Origin: Mytilus californianus
Taxonomy: Eukaryota
Direction of reading: 5' to 3'
DNA length: 64,000 nucleotides
Assembly: GCF_021869535.1 (NCBI RefSeq)
Contig: NW_026262604.1
Location: 60,078,001-60,142,000 of the forward strand
This document shows, piece by piece, positions 40,314 to 52,429 of the stretch. The position numbers were made by a program, and so were the translations under genes. The notes below the pieces were generated by a model. It had not been told where the DNA came from and did not search any database. It was given only the letters and a program-made list of their open reading frames with translations. How positions within the stretch are numbered: position 1 is the stretch's first letter; every line of letters begins with the position of its first letter.

Positions 40314-41518
40314 TTCTTCTTCTTCTTCTTCTTCTTCCTGGTACGGGAAAGACTCCGGTGCCGGAGTGTGGAATATCCCGGAACTGTGGCGCTATGTACA
40401 TGCAAATCGATGTCGAAAATTTTGTTATATTAAAATAAAAATATTTGCCACAGTTCAATTACAATTTAAAATAACATTAGTTGTAGCTTAATGTTAAACA
40501 TATTCACATTATGTACAGTGGCTTAAATACACTAATTAATTAGCCAGACTAGAACCTCCAAATGTTAAGGTTGAGATACCACCTTTGAAGGATTCTAGGG
40601 AGGGTGACATGCAAATTGTTTCTGGGAGATCGTTCCAGACAGCAATAGTACTTGGGAAAAAAGATGATTTAAAAAAGTCTTTATTTGTATATATATGTCG
40701 AAATTTATGTAGGCCTCTAGTTCGCCTGTCAGATGGTGTCAGGACGTCATTAGTGACTTCGACCAACCCCCCATTAATCTTATAAATCAAGACAAGCTTA
40801 GCTTTTGTTCTACGGGATTGCAAGTTTTCCCATTTTAGTTTGTTTAACATACCAGTGACAGCACCTGGTGATCTATCGTTATAGTTATTAAAAACATATC
40901 TTGCTGCCTAACGCTGTATCTGCTCAATTTGGTTTATTTGGCTTTGTTTGTACGGATCCCAAACTGGTGAGGAGTACTCGACGGTCGGACGCACAAGTGA
41001 TGTGTACGTAAGGTTTTTAACCTTACGTGTACAATTTTTCATGTTTCTACGTAAAAATCCTACTGTTTTATTTGCCTTTGAAGTTATATTATTAATATGG
41101 GGCCCCCAATCAAGAGCATTGCTTATAGTAACTCCTAGATACTTGCTGTCTTTGACAGATTCAAGTACATGGTTATGTAATTTATATTGAAATAAATTAG
41201 TTTTCGACTTTTTAGAAATATTTATGACATAGCATTTTTCAGGATTAAATTTCATTTGCCATTCAGATTCCCAATTTTCAAGGCTTGATAGATTTTTTTG
41301 GAGTGCTTGAGACTCATTTATAATATTTGATGTTTCAAAAAGTAAACAGTCGTCAGCAAAAAGACGAACCTTACAGGAGACATGCTCAGGTAGGTCGTTT
41401 ATGAATAACAAAAATAAAGTTGGGCCTAATACTGTGCCCTGAGGAACACCAGAGTCAACAGCTAATTTGGAAGATTGAACACCGTTAAGTAGGACTTGCT
41501 GTTGCCTGTTTGACAAAA
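40314..41518 (-). mobile_element. 5'-truncated CR1/L2-group LINE (RT palm/thumb, 3' UTR and (GAA)8 tail)
   Basis: GVPQGTVLGPTLFLLFINDLP, RLFADDC, WQMKFNPEKC and FFPSTIAVWNDLP. ORFs 40908-41516 and 40536-40850 are one frame split by a single TAG. (TTC)8 at 40314-40337. Possible TSD atgttc at 40311 and 41519. Confidence 0.9.
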
Positions 41519-41621
41519 ATGTTCATTCTGAAGATGGGAAGTATGAGTAAGTCGGTGAGAATTGAATGAACCAGTGTTATCAAAGGCAGATTATAACCGT
41601 TCATTGTATTATGAAAATATG

Positions 41622-41713
41622 TCACCTTATATATACTGGATGACAACTTCTCACCTTATATATACTGGATGACAACTTCTCACCTTATATATACTGGATG
41701 ACAACTTCTCACC
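41622..41713. repeat. 29-bp tandem repeat, 3 perfect copies plus a partial copy
   Basis: tcaccttatatatactggatgacaacttc at 41622, 41651 and 41680. Confidence 0.9.
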
Positions 41714-43844
41714 TCCATTCTACAAGTACGGAAGCGTATAGGTATCTTTTTTTGTTGTTGTTGCTATTGACTTGTTGCGTTATATCATAATTATCGATAT
41801 ATTTTATGTCGACTTGTGTGGCGATACCGCAATAAGTTATGAAAAATATTGCGAAATATTGTTTTATATCAAAACAATGCGATATAAAAAATATTGATTT
41901 GAAGTAGATGTCGAAACAAATTATAATCGAATATTATTATATTGATTAAAAATGACAATCAATTTTGTAAATATTTTTATCTATACAAGTTTACACCAGT
42001 ATGAAATAATCCTTGTTATAATAGATATACTTAATGGGCATCGCCCAGTTTCTTTATATACAATTGCTGATGGAGCCACATGACAAAATTAAACTTCAAC
42101 TAGGGACCTTGATTACACATAAGGGTAGGACACTGTCGACCCTGGCTTACGCTTTTATTGGCATTTAATAAATTGAATTTTACATTACAGTATTTTAATG
42201 TAATTTGAGAGAAAAATATAAAATAAATTTGTCCAAGGAATAAAAATGAAGTGAAAAACAAAATGACAAGTAAACACTTTCTGCCTATTAAAAACCCTTG
42301 CAACAACTATTAGAGGGGTCCGTAGGTGATCTTTTGCAATGCTAAATTTCTGTTCCTATTCAATACCTCACTTTCAATTAGCAGTCCAAATTCCCTCTCT
42401 CCATCCTGGTCGACCCCTATTACAGTATCTTCCTATTGTATTTGTTTTTAATTTGTTATTGTCCTGAACATGCATGAAATATTTGTCACTGGAGTTTTCA
42501 ATACAATTCTCTTCATGATATATGACGTGAAAAATCGTCGTGTGAATCTTATAGTGTAATATGTCCACTTTTGATAAAAATGGAGATAGCTATATATTTG
42601 AGGTCCAAGTGCAATGGTCTATCTCCCTATACAACTATAATACGAGATTTCTACAATCTACGAGTTTTTATCAGAACTACACTGTTCTATCTTCCACACT
42701 CCCATTGGATTATAACGGCTTATTCAGAGAAAAATATGTTTATAGTACTGTATCTCCACTATTCATCATGTATTTTTGCTGTTAAATAATTGATATCAAA
42801 ATCATCTTAGTAGTTCTATGTTTAAACGGTTTACATGGTTTGAACTCAATCCATGAGCAATTCGTAGCAAATACAGAATTGAGGGATATTACGAAGTTAA
42901 AAAAAATCATTGGTATAATTATCTCCAGTGGAAATATAGGGATACATTTCTAAAACTACATTGTTTGTAGTGAAATGTTCTATCTTCTAAAAAGGGGGTC
43001 ATTATTTATCTAAGTTGCTTGTCTATTAAAAAACAATCGAACAAAAAGTTACTTCTTCATGTACATAAATTCGATTCCAATATAACTTTTTATGTCTCTG
43101 TCAATATTTATGATATTGAGCTTTTAAATTTTAATTTTAATTTTTACCACTATTACCACATGTGAATTACAACATTCTTGGATTCACACGATGAAATGCT
43201 TACAGGCAACTTTTTACGGAAATATTCCAAAATGGCCATGGGATATTTTGCATTAACGACAACTTTATAATTATATTGACATGTAATTCATTTTGTTTAG
43301 CCTAAGGACCTGATTCACCAATAAGAATGAAAAATAATGATTTGATAGAAGTAAAAAAAATCTAAATTGGTATGATATCTATGAAACTGCAATCCAACAA
43401 GAATACTGAAAGTTTTGTACTATGCGTCTTATTTGAAGTAAGATTCTCCATTCAAGAAATTTATTTACAAGAGTGGGCTATCAACGGATTAACATTGTGC
43501 TACACGGCAAGCAGTAACAAAAGAAAAAGAACTGTTTACCTTTAACATGATCAGGTTTACAATGATCTTTTTCTACGTTTGTTTGGCTAAATGTTTTGAT
43601 AGTTGAGTGACGTGATTTTAAGGAGATGTGTGGGGTATAGAGTCAATGCAGCTGCAACCTAATGACAGAAATGATCGAAAGGAAGCAAAAGGGGCAACAA
43701 ACGGTCATCAACCAAAGAAAAACGTTATGACAGTTGTTCATGTAAACTTTGATGTTCCGAGTCGAGAAGAAAATCTAGCATTTTGATTGTTACTTTAATG
43801 AAGTTTCCGTTTTTATCTTTTGGCCAAGGTGGTGACTGTTTTTA

Positions 43845-44099
43845 TCACCGGGTTTGTACGTACATAAGCAACACGACGAGGGTCACATGTAGAGCAGGAT
43901 CTTCTTACATTTCCGGAACACCTGAGATCACCCCCGGATTCTGGTGGGGTTGGTGTTCTTCAGTCTTTTGTTTTCTAAGTTGTGTTTTGTATAATGCTGT
44001 TTGTCTTTTGGTCGTTTTTATTTTTTTGCCATGGCATTGTCAGTTTTTTTTTCGACTTATGAGCTTGATTATCTTTTGGTATCTTTCGCCCCTCTTTTA
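43845..44099 (+). repeat. Common dispersed repeat (probably a retroelement 3' end)
   Basis: agcaggatcttcttacatttccggaacacctgagatcacccccgg...T-rich. Decayed relatives lie at ~12160-12300 and ~22610-22740, and reversed at ~60645-60710. Confidence 0.5.
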
Positions 44100-44189
44100 C
44101 TGAGTGTATAGATGTTTAAACTCGACATTCAATAGTTAGAGTTTGAGTATGCCGAGTTTACACATCAATAAACTCCTTCAAATTACATT

Positions 44190-47100
44190 TTTGTCATACC
44201 GGGGCCTTTTACAGCTTACTATACGTTATCATACCGGGACCTTTTACAGCTTACTATACATTATCATACCGGGGCCTTTTACAGCTTATTATACGTTATC
44301 ATACCGGGGCTTTTTACAGCTCATTAAACGTTATCATACCGGGCCTTTTACAGCTTACTAGACGTTATCATACCGGGGTCTTTTACAGCTTAATATACGT
44401 TATCATACCGGGGCCTTTTACAGCGTATTATACGTTATCATACCGGGGCTTTTTACAGCTCATTATACGTTATCATACCGGGCCTTTTACAGCTTAATAT
44501 ACGTTATCATACCGGGGCTTTGTACAGCTTACTATACGTTATCATACCGGGGCTTTTTACAGCTTACTATACGTTATTATACGGGGGCCTTTTACAACTT
44601 ACTATACGATATAATGCCAGTGCCTTTTACAGCTTACTATTTTTTGAATTGCTCGGGCCTTTTACAGCTTACTTTACTTTATCAAGACGAGCCATTTACT
44701 GCTGACTGTACGTTGTCATGCCGGGATCTTTTACAGCTGACTATACGTTACATGCAAGGGCTTTTTACAGCTTATTATACGTGATCATGCCGGGACCTTT
44801 TAAAACTTACTGTAAGTTGTAATGACCGGGCCTTTTGTAGCTTATTATTCGTTATCATGTCGGGGGCTTTAATAGTTTACTAAACGTTGTCCTGACGGGG
44901 CCTTTTACAGATGACTATAAGATGACGGAATCTTTTACAGCTAACTATGCATCGTCATGCCAGGCCTTTTACAGCTTATTATATGTTGTGTTACCGGGGC
45001 CATTTACGGATTACTATACGTTATCATGCCAGGCTTTTTCAAGCTAACTATACTTTATCTTGACGGGGCCTTTTACAGCTTACTTAACGTTGTCATGCCG
45101 GAATCTTTTACAGCTTACCATACTTTATCATGCCGGGGCCTCTTACAGCTTACAAAACGTTGTAATGCCGGGCCTTTCACAGCTTACAATACGTTATCAT
45201 GCATGGGCCTTTTACAGCTTACTAAACGTTGTCATGATGGACCATTTATAGCAAACTGTATGTTGTCATGTATGCCGGGGCCTTTTGAAGCTTACTATCT
45301 GTTTTCATACTGGGCCATTTTACAGCTGACTTTAGGTGTCAGACCACCAATTACTCCTTCCAATTTAGAACGTATGTAAAAGTAGCCCTACTCTGACACA
45401 AAATAGTTCTTTTGATATCATTGTTTACTTAAACTAACCAACAAATCTGCAGAAATGAAACTTTTGGTGAAAGAGAAATATATTTAGACCATTTTGAGCT
45501 AAAATTCACTTGTCTATGAGTTTGCATTAAAAATTCAGGATTAATGCGCTCCATAGTATACTAATTTAAAATTTCCAGAAAACCAGGGGTTATTTTTGGA
45601 GTACCTTTGTTTCGAAGGTCAAATATTTCTTATAAGTCTTTAAAGGTAGGTTGAAAATTGGCATGTAGAAAGGTGATACATGTACAATTCAGGATATACC
45701 TGGTTTCTATGAAGTGAAACTAAAGGTAAAATATTTAGAAAGCTGTGAAAATTGCAAAATTTGGTTAAACAGGTAGGGATTTTTAATTGGTGGTCTGACA
45801 CCTAGTATACGTTGTCATGGTGGAGCCTTTTACAGCTGACTATACGTTATCATGCTGGGGCCTTTTTCAGCTTACTGTACGTTGTCATACCGGGACCTTT
45901 TACAGCTGACTGGACGCTGTTATGTCAGGGCCTTTTGCATCTCACTATACGTTATCATGCCGGGGACTTTTACAGTTTACTATACGTTGTCATGTCAAGC
46001 CTTCCACAGCTTACTATACGTTATCATTCCGGGGCCTTTTAAAGCTAACTTTACGTTATCATGCCGGGACTTTCACAGCTTACTATACGTTATCATGCCG
46101 GGCTTTTTTACAGCTTACTTTACGTTAAAATGTCGGGCCTTTCACAGCTTACTAAACGTTATAATGTCGGCCCTTTCACAGTTTACTATACGTTATCATG
46201 CCGGGCCTTTCACAGCTTACTATACGTTATAATGTCGGACCTTTCGCAGCTTACTATACGTTATAATGTCGGGTCTTTCACAGCTTACTATACGTCATCA
46301 TGTCTGGCCTTTCACAGCTTACTATACGTTATCATGCCGGGCCTTTCACAGCTTACTACACGTTATCATGCCGGGCCTTTCATAGCTTACTAAACGTTAT
46401 CATGTCGGGCCTTTTACAACTGACAATTCATTATCATGCCGGGCTTTTAACAGCTTAATATACGTTATCATACCGGGGCTTTGTACAGCTTACTATACGT
46501 TATCATACCGGGGCTTTTTACAGCTTACTATACGTTATCATACCGGGGCCTTTTACAGCTTACTATACGATAAATTGCCAGGGCCTTTTACAGCTTACTA
46601 TTCTTTGTAATGCCGGGGCCTTTCTCAGCTTACTTTACTTTATCATGTTTACTTTATACGTTATCATGTCGGGCCTTTTACAACTGACTATTCATTATCA
46701 TGCCGGGTCTTTCACAGCTTAATATACGTTATCATACTGGGGCATTGTACAGCTTACTATACGTTATCATACCGGGCCTTTTGCAGCTTAATATACGTTA
46801 TCATGCCGGGGCCTTTTACAGCATACTGTATGTTGTCATACCGGGACCTTTTACAGCTGACTGGACGCTGTTATGGAGGAGCCTTTTACAGCTTACTATA
46901 CGTTGTCATGCTGGTGACTTTTACAGCTTAATATACGTTGTCATGTCAAGGCTTCTACAGCTTACTATACGTTATCTTGTCGGGCCTTTAACAGCTTGCT
47001 AAACGTTATCATGCCGGGCCTTTCACAGCTTACTATACGTTATCATGTCGGGCCTTTTACAACTGACAATTCGTTATCATGCCGGGCCTTTCACAGCTTA

Positions 47101-48060
47101 CTATACGTTATCATGTCGGGCCTTTTACAACTGACAATTCGTTATCATGCCGGGCCTTTCACAGCTTAATATACGTTATCATACCGGGGCTTTGTACAGC
47201 TTACTATACGTTATCATACCGGGGCTTTTTACAGCTTACTATACGTTATCATACCGGGGCCTTTTACAGCTTACTATACGATAAATTGCCAGGGCCTTTT
47301 ACAGCTTACTATTCTTTGTAATGCCGGGGCCTTTTACAGCTTACTTTACTTTATCATATTTACTTTATACGTTATCATGTCGGGCCTTTTACAACTGATT
47401 ATTCATTATCATGCCGGGCCTTTCACAGCTTAATATGTTATCATACCGGGGCTTTGTACAGCTTACTATAAGTTATCATACCGGGCCTTTTGCAGCTTAA
47501 TATACGTTATCATGCCGGGGCCTTTTACAGCTTACTGTGTGTTGTCATACCGGGACCTTTTACAGCTGACTGGACGCTGTTATGGAGGAGCCTTTTACAG
47601 CTTACTATACGTTGTCATGCCGGGGACTTTTACAGTTACTATACGTTGTCATGTCAAGCCTTCTACAGCTTACTATACGTTATCTTGTCGGGCCTTTAAC
47701 AGCTTGCTAAACGTTATTATGTCGGGCCTTTCACAGCTTACTATACGTTATCATGCCGGGCCTTTCACAGTTTACTATTCGTTATCATGTCGAGCCTTTT
47801 ACAGCCTACTATACGTTATTATGTCGGTCCTTTTACAGCTTACTATACGTTATCATGCCGGGCCTATCACAGTTTACTATACGTTATCATGTCGAGCCTT
47901 TTACAGCTTACTATACGTTATAATGTCACGGCCTCTTGCAGCTTACTATACGTTATCAAGCCGGGGTCTTACACAGCTTACTATACGTTATAATGTCAGG
48001 GCTTTTTAAAGTTTACTATATGTTGTCATGCGGTTCTTTTTACAGCTTACTGTACGTTAT
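44190..48060. repeat. 34-35-bp minisatellite, roughly 95-100 monomers, interrupted by a MITE
   Basis: Consensus ttatcatgccggggccttttacagcttactatacg; a period of 35 was measured directly (44229 to 44264). Variant blocks recur at ~710-bp spacing. Confidence 0.95.
45335..45802. mobile_element. 468-bp TA-flanked MITE inserted in the minisatellite
   Basis: TA|ggtgtcagaccaccaatta ... taattggtggtctgacacc|TA, perfect 19-bp TIRs. Confidence 0.85.
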
Positions 48061-48574
48061 AGGTTTTGTTTAACCGGTCTCAGATGGATAGTTGTCTTAT
48101 TAGTTATCACACCGCGCCTTCTTGTCTATATACTATAGAGGCATGTACTAGTACATATATTTTGTTTAAATAGTGGACATCAAATAACAAACTTTGTAAA
48201 ACAATATTATAGCATTAACTTGGTATCAGTGTTTACAATCATAATACAAAGAGGTTACACATAGTTCCTGTATTGGGAATCTAGGATTCCAATAACAAAA
48301 TAGTTTATATGATATGTTTAACTCTTTGTTCAATAACTTTTCGCATTTTCTAGAATGTTGAAACGATCAAAAGGCAAAACTTGATTTACAAGGTGTTGCT
48401 GCTGAATGCAGTTTGATGCAATTTTGTAAATTTTAAGTCTTTCTGTATAATTTCGCAGAACGTTTTAAACCGAAACGTTTCAAATTGTATATTTATTTAG
48501 TGTATAATTTTACATCCTCAAGAACTTCCTTCTTTTACATTTTTTGATGAATACTCAAAATTAATAGCCAAGTA

Positions 48575-48684
48575 ATGGTTAGACAATACTTGGTCATGTT
48601 TTATGAAGATTTAAAGCCCAAGGCGTAGCCGAGGGTTTTAAATGTTCATAAAACGTGACCAAGTAAATGTATTGTCTGACCAAT
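48575..48684. mobile_element. ~110-bp palindromic MITE or hairpin element
   Basis: Arms of ~45 bp (ggttagacaatacttggtcatgttttatgaagatttaaagccc / gggttttaaatgttcataaaacgtgaccaagt...gtattgtctgacc) around aaggcgtagccga. Confidence 0.7.
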
Positions 48685-49603
48685 TTAAAACATATTCACA
48701 TCTTCGAATGACCTTACAAAATTATCCTTTCCATTGTAATATTCAAACCTTAATAAGAATTCATTTTTATAATGAAGTGATAACTTGGTTGATATGGTCA
48801 TTTCAATGGATGGAATGAAATAGCACTTACAAAGTTTTGTGAGGACAAAAAGGATAAATTGTTCAAACATTGAGTTTTTCTTCTGCTTCAGGTAAAATTT
48901 AATACTTATATACGTTAGATTTCTTGATTATAAAAAGCATGAAATGTTATATAAATCAGCTTTCTGAAATTTGTATATTTTTGGCAATTATAAAACTTAC
49001 TCAAAAATATTAGAATTACGATCATTCAACATCAGATACTTACTTTTTATTGATGAATGTACGTGTATTTTTTTTCTTCGAAAAAGTTCCTTTGCTTTAT
49101 ATATCAGCAGTCTGACATTGTTTTCTTTGGGTCTGGTATTAACATTAATTTAAAGATAACTTTACCTACACCTTTGCCTCCATTTCATTTTTTTTCTTTT
49201 TGTTCCATATATGTACCATTATAAACATTTGCAATTTTCAAAATGTCTTTTTTTTTTATAATTCTATTCTCTTTCATCTTTAATCAGTAGGCTGTTTTCC
49301 TATAGTTAAATGCCTCAGGGGATTGTACACTTCATTAGTGTAGTTATTAAGAGTTCACTTTCATAATTAATCTATGTATAGCATCTTATAGTACATGAAA
49401 AGCCATGTACTATGACAATTGGAAGGAAAAAAACTGATTTTCTATTGGACGAGAAGTGGTGAGTATGTTCTAAATTATATCAACCTACTGACCGTGCGAG
49501 ACCCTCATGGGTAGTCAAGGTCGTTAAACACCCCCTAGTAGTATATTAACATTCAAGTAATGATGTGAATCAACTCACTGTAAATACCAGGTTTAAAATT
49601 TAG

Positions 49604-49652
49604 TAGGCCAGACGCGCGTTTCCTCTACAAAAGACTAATCAGTAACGCTTGA
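49604..49652 (-). ncRNA. Minimal type I hammerhead ribozyme copy with two disabling changes
   Basis: Minus strand: gcgtta-CTGATTA-gtc-ttttgta-gag-GAAA-c-gcgc-g-TC-tggcct. The adjacent ~110 bp is homologous to that beside 27776-27823. Confidence 0.6.
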
Positions 49653-49976
49653 ATAAAAAAGTTAAAAGGGCCCAAAAAAGGGTACGAAATTTAAGAGGTT
49701 TTGCCAAATACAGCTAACGTAATCTGTTTTAAATCCACGGAGTTATGTTAAATCAGATATTATTTGGTTATGCTTAGAAATAAGCAATAATATTGTTGAA
49801 ACTTCAAGGTACACACCTAAAGCTCTAGCTGATCCCCAACTGTGAATTTTAGTGGATATTGACTTTTTGAAAATGGAACTTGAGTGCAATAAATTTAGAA
49901 GTAATTGGTCATACCTCTTTAGCCATGCTTCTTTAACAGACGGGTTCATTAAAGGTCCTACTTCCTAATTTGAAAA

Positions 49977-50335
49977 CGCCTCGGTGGTCTCGCGGTAGCG
50001 TGTTCGCCTCGAGTGCGGGAGGTCGTGGATTTGAACCCCGGCCGGTTCAAATCAAAGACTTTAAATTTGGTATTTTCTGCTTCTCCGCTAAGCACGCGGC
50101 ATTTAGGAGTAAGAGCAAAGACTGGTCGGCTAGGAGTCAAAATAATGTGTCCGGGTAAGGTGACATGTTTTCCTGCGGAATGTACTTTGTGAACAAGCAC
50201 GTTAAAAGTCCGACTCAGCGTGTCGGTTAAGTACAAAGCAGGATTAATATTCATTTTACATTAACATTTTCTCGTCCTGAATATGCATATTAATTTGCCG
50301 CTGGACGTTAAGCAGCCATCCATCATCATCATCAT
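49977..50335 (+). mobile_element. Full-length tRNA-derived SINE
   Basis: Pol III A-box-like cggtggtctcgcggtagc and B-box-like ggatttgaacccc. Central body ttctccgctaagcacgcggcatt.aggagtaagagcaaagactgg. 3' tail tttgccgctggacgttaagcagcc plus (cat)n. Confidence 0.85.
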
Positions 50336-50573
50336 AATTTGAACAATAAATTGTTAAAGGATATCATAAGCAAAACACGTGTTATTGATACATCTGAGAC
50401 TTAATGCAATTTACAAAATTGATTTTAGTTATAGACAGGAATTTTCCAAATGTCACCAGCTTCTTTTTAACAAACCGGATGAGCTTGATGAATTGATGTT
50501 TTTTCAACATTGTTAATGAGACACGATGTTCACATCTCTGCACTTAAGATTTTAATAAATTCGATTATTAGGA

Positions 50574-50664
50574 ACCGCCTCGGTAAGCTCGTGATAGCAG
50601 TAAAATTGATATTTGATGCTTCTCCCATAATTCACGCGGCATTAAGGAGTAATAGCAAAGACTG
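50574..50664 (+). mobile_element. Internally deleted SINE fragment
   Basis: accgcctcggt head joined to cacgcggcattaaggagtaatagcaaagactg body. Confidence 0.65.
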
Positions 50665-50802
50665 TTCATGTCCAACATTTTAAAATCTCTTTAAAAACGA
50701 ATTGTAATTCTAGCATCAGATGCCATTTTGTTGTCATACTTTTCATACAAGTAGAAAATTTAAGAATTTATATATGTGAGGAATTCTAGATAACGGACAG
50801 TT

Positions 50803-50977
50803 CGACGTTTTAGAATCTAAAAAAATATGGGTAATTTGATTGGTCGTACCCGAAAACCAAAATAACGTCACATCATTGGTTGAATATATATTCCTTAGGA
50901 CGTTTTAAACCAATCACAACGTTTTGGTGTACACTTTTGAAAATATTACCCAGAATAATTTAGATTCTGAAACGGCG
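50803..50977. mobile_element. ~175-bp MITE
   Basis: TIRs cgttttagaatctaa...tgggtaat / attacccag...ttagattctgaaacg. Confidence 0.7.
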
Positions 50978-51540
50978 TATTGGGAAGTGTTTTGTTGGGA
51001 TTTATGTTGGGTTGACATAATTTTTTAATCTGCTAAATATAGCTTGGTTGCATAAAAAATACATTAAAACATTTAAATATTTCGTTTTATCAGAAAGAGA
51101 TAATTTACATAATTATAAATAAAAATATATTCAATTAAATTGTTTCATATTTTCCATGTCGGAGCCTTTAATAGCGCCTATAGCCGACTATACGGTATGG
51201 GTTTTTTCTCGTTGTTGAATGCCGTACGGTGGCCTTTAATTGCTTACATCCACTTTACTTGAACTTTGGTAGATAGTTGTCTCATTGGCAATCATACCAC
51301 ATCTCCTTATTTTTATATATAACATCAAAATATGAAATGAAACATCTGCACTTAATCATGGTTTAGTCCCACTGGGAATTTTTTTTACAGCAACGAAAAT
51401 AATACTGTTTTTCACGTCTGTTTAATAAAATGATAAAAATATCAATAACATATAAAAATACCATGTTTTATAATAAATAAACCAGGATAAAATAGAAAAT
51501 GATTTAAAAAAGGTAAGAATATAATATATTCATTTTATTA

Positions 51541-52392
51541 AAACTGTATATTTATAATCATGGTTTAATCCCACCCATACGAAAAAATACTTCATTTAAC
51601 ATGGAAGGTGGGACTAAACCATGATTATATATAGAATTCATTCTTTAAAAACTGTAAATATATAATCATGGTTTAATCCCACCCATACAAAAAAATACTT
51701 CATTTAACATAGAAGGTGGGACTAAACCATGATTATATATATAGGATTCATTCTTTAAAAACTGTTTATATATAATCATGGTTTAATCCCACCCATACGG
51801 AAAAATACTTCATTTAACATAGAAGGTGGGACTAAACCATGATTATATATAGAATTCATTCTTTAAAAACTGTAAATATATAATCATGGTTTAATCCCAC
51901 CCATACAAAAAAATACTTCATTTAACATAGAAGGTGGGACTAAACCATGATTATATATATAGGATTCATTCTTTAAAAACTGTTTATATATAATCATGGT
52001 TTAATCCCACCCATACGGAAAAATACTTCATTTAACATAGAAGGTGGGACTAAACCATGATTATATATAGAATTCATTCTTTAAAAACTGTAAATATATA
52101 ATCATGGTTTAATCCCACCCATACAAAAAAATACTTCATTTAACATAGAAGGTGGGACTAAACCATGATTATATATAGAATTCATTCTTTAAAAACTGTA
52201 AATATATAATCATGTTTTAATCCCACCCATACAAAAAAATACTTCATTTAACATAGAAGGTGGGACTAAACCATGATTATATATATAGGATTCATTCTTT
52301 AAATACTGTTTATATAAAATCATGGTTTAGTACCACCTTCTATGCAAATTGAATTATTTTCACATAGGGGTGGGACTAAACCATGATTATAT
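51541..52392. repeat. 108/110-bp satellite: 7 monomers plus one diverged inverted monomer
   Basis: Periods are 108, 110, 108, 110, 108, 108 and 110. Each monomer holds a ~24-bp inverted pair atataatcatggtttaatcccacc / ggtgggactaaaccatgattatat. Confidence 0.95.
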
Positions 52393-52429
52393 TAATACTT
52401 ATTTATTTTCTCTTTACGTTATATATGTG

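Noticed and set aside
44143-48009. Many overlapping ORFs (60-165 aa) in the minisatellite
   Set aside because: They are produced by a 34-35-bp stop-poor monomer cycling through frames and show no protein-like features.
49977-50055. Possible tRNA gene
   Set aside because: A and B boxes are present, but there is no convincing cloverleaf or terminator. The sequence continues into a SINE body found in other copies.
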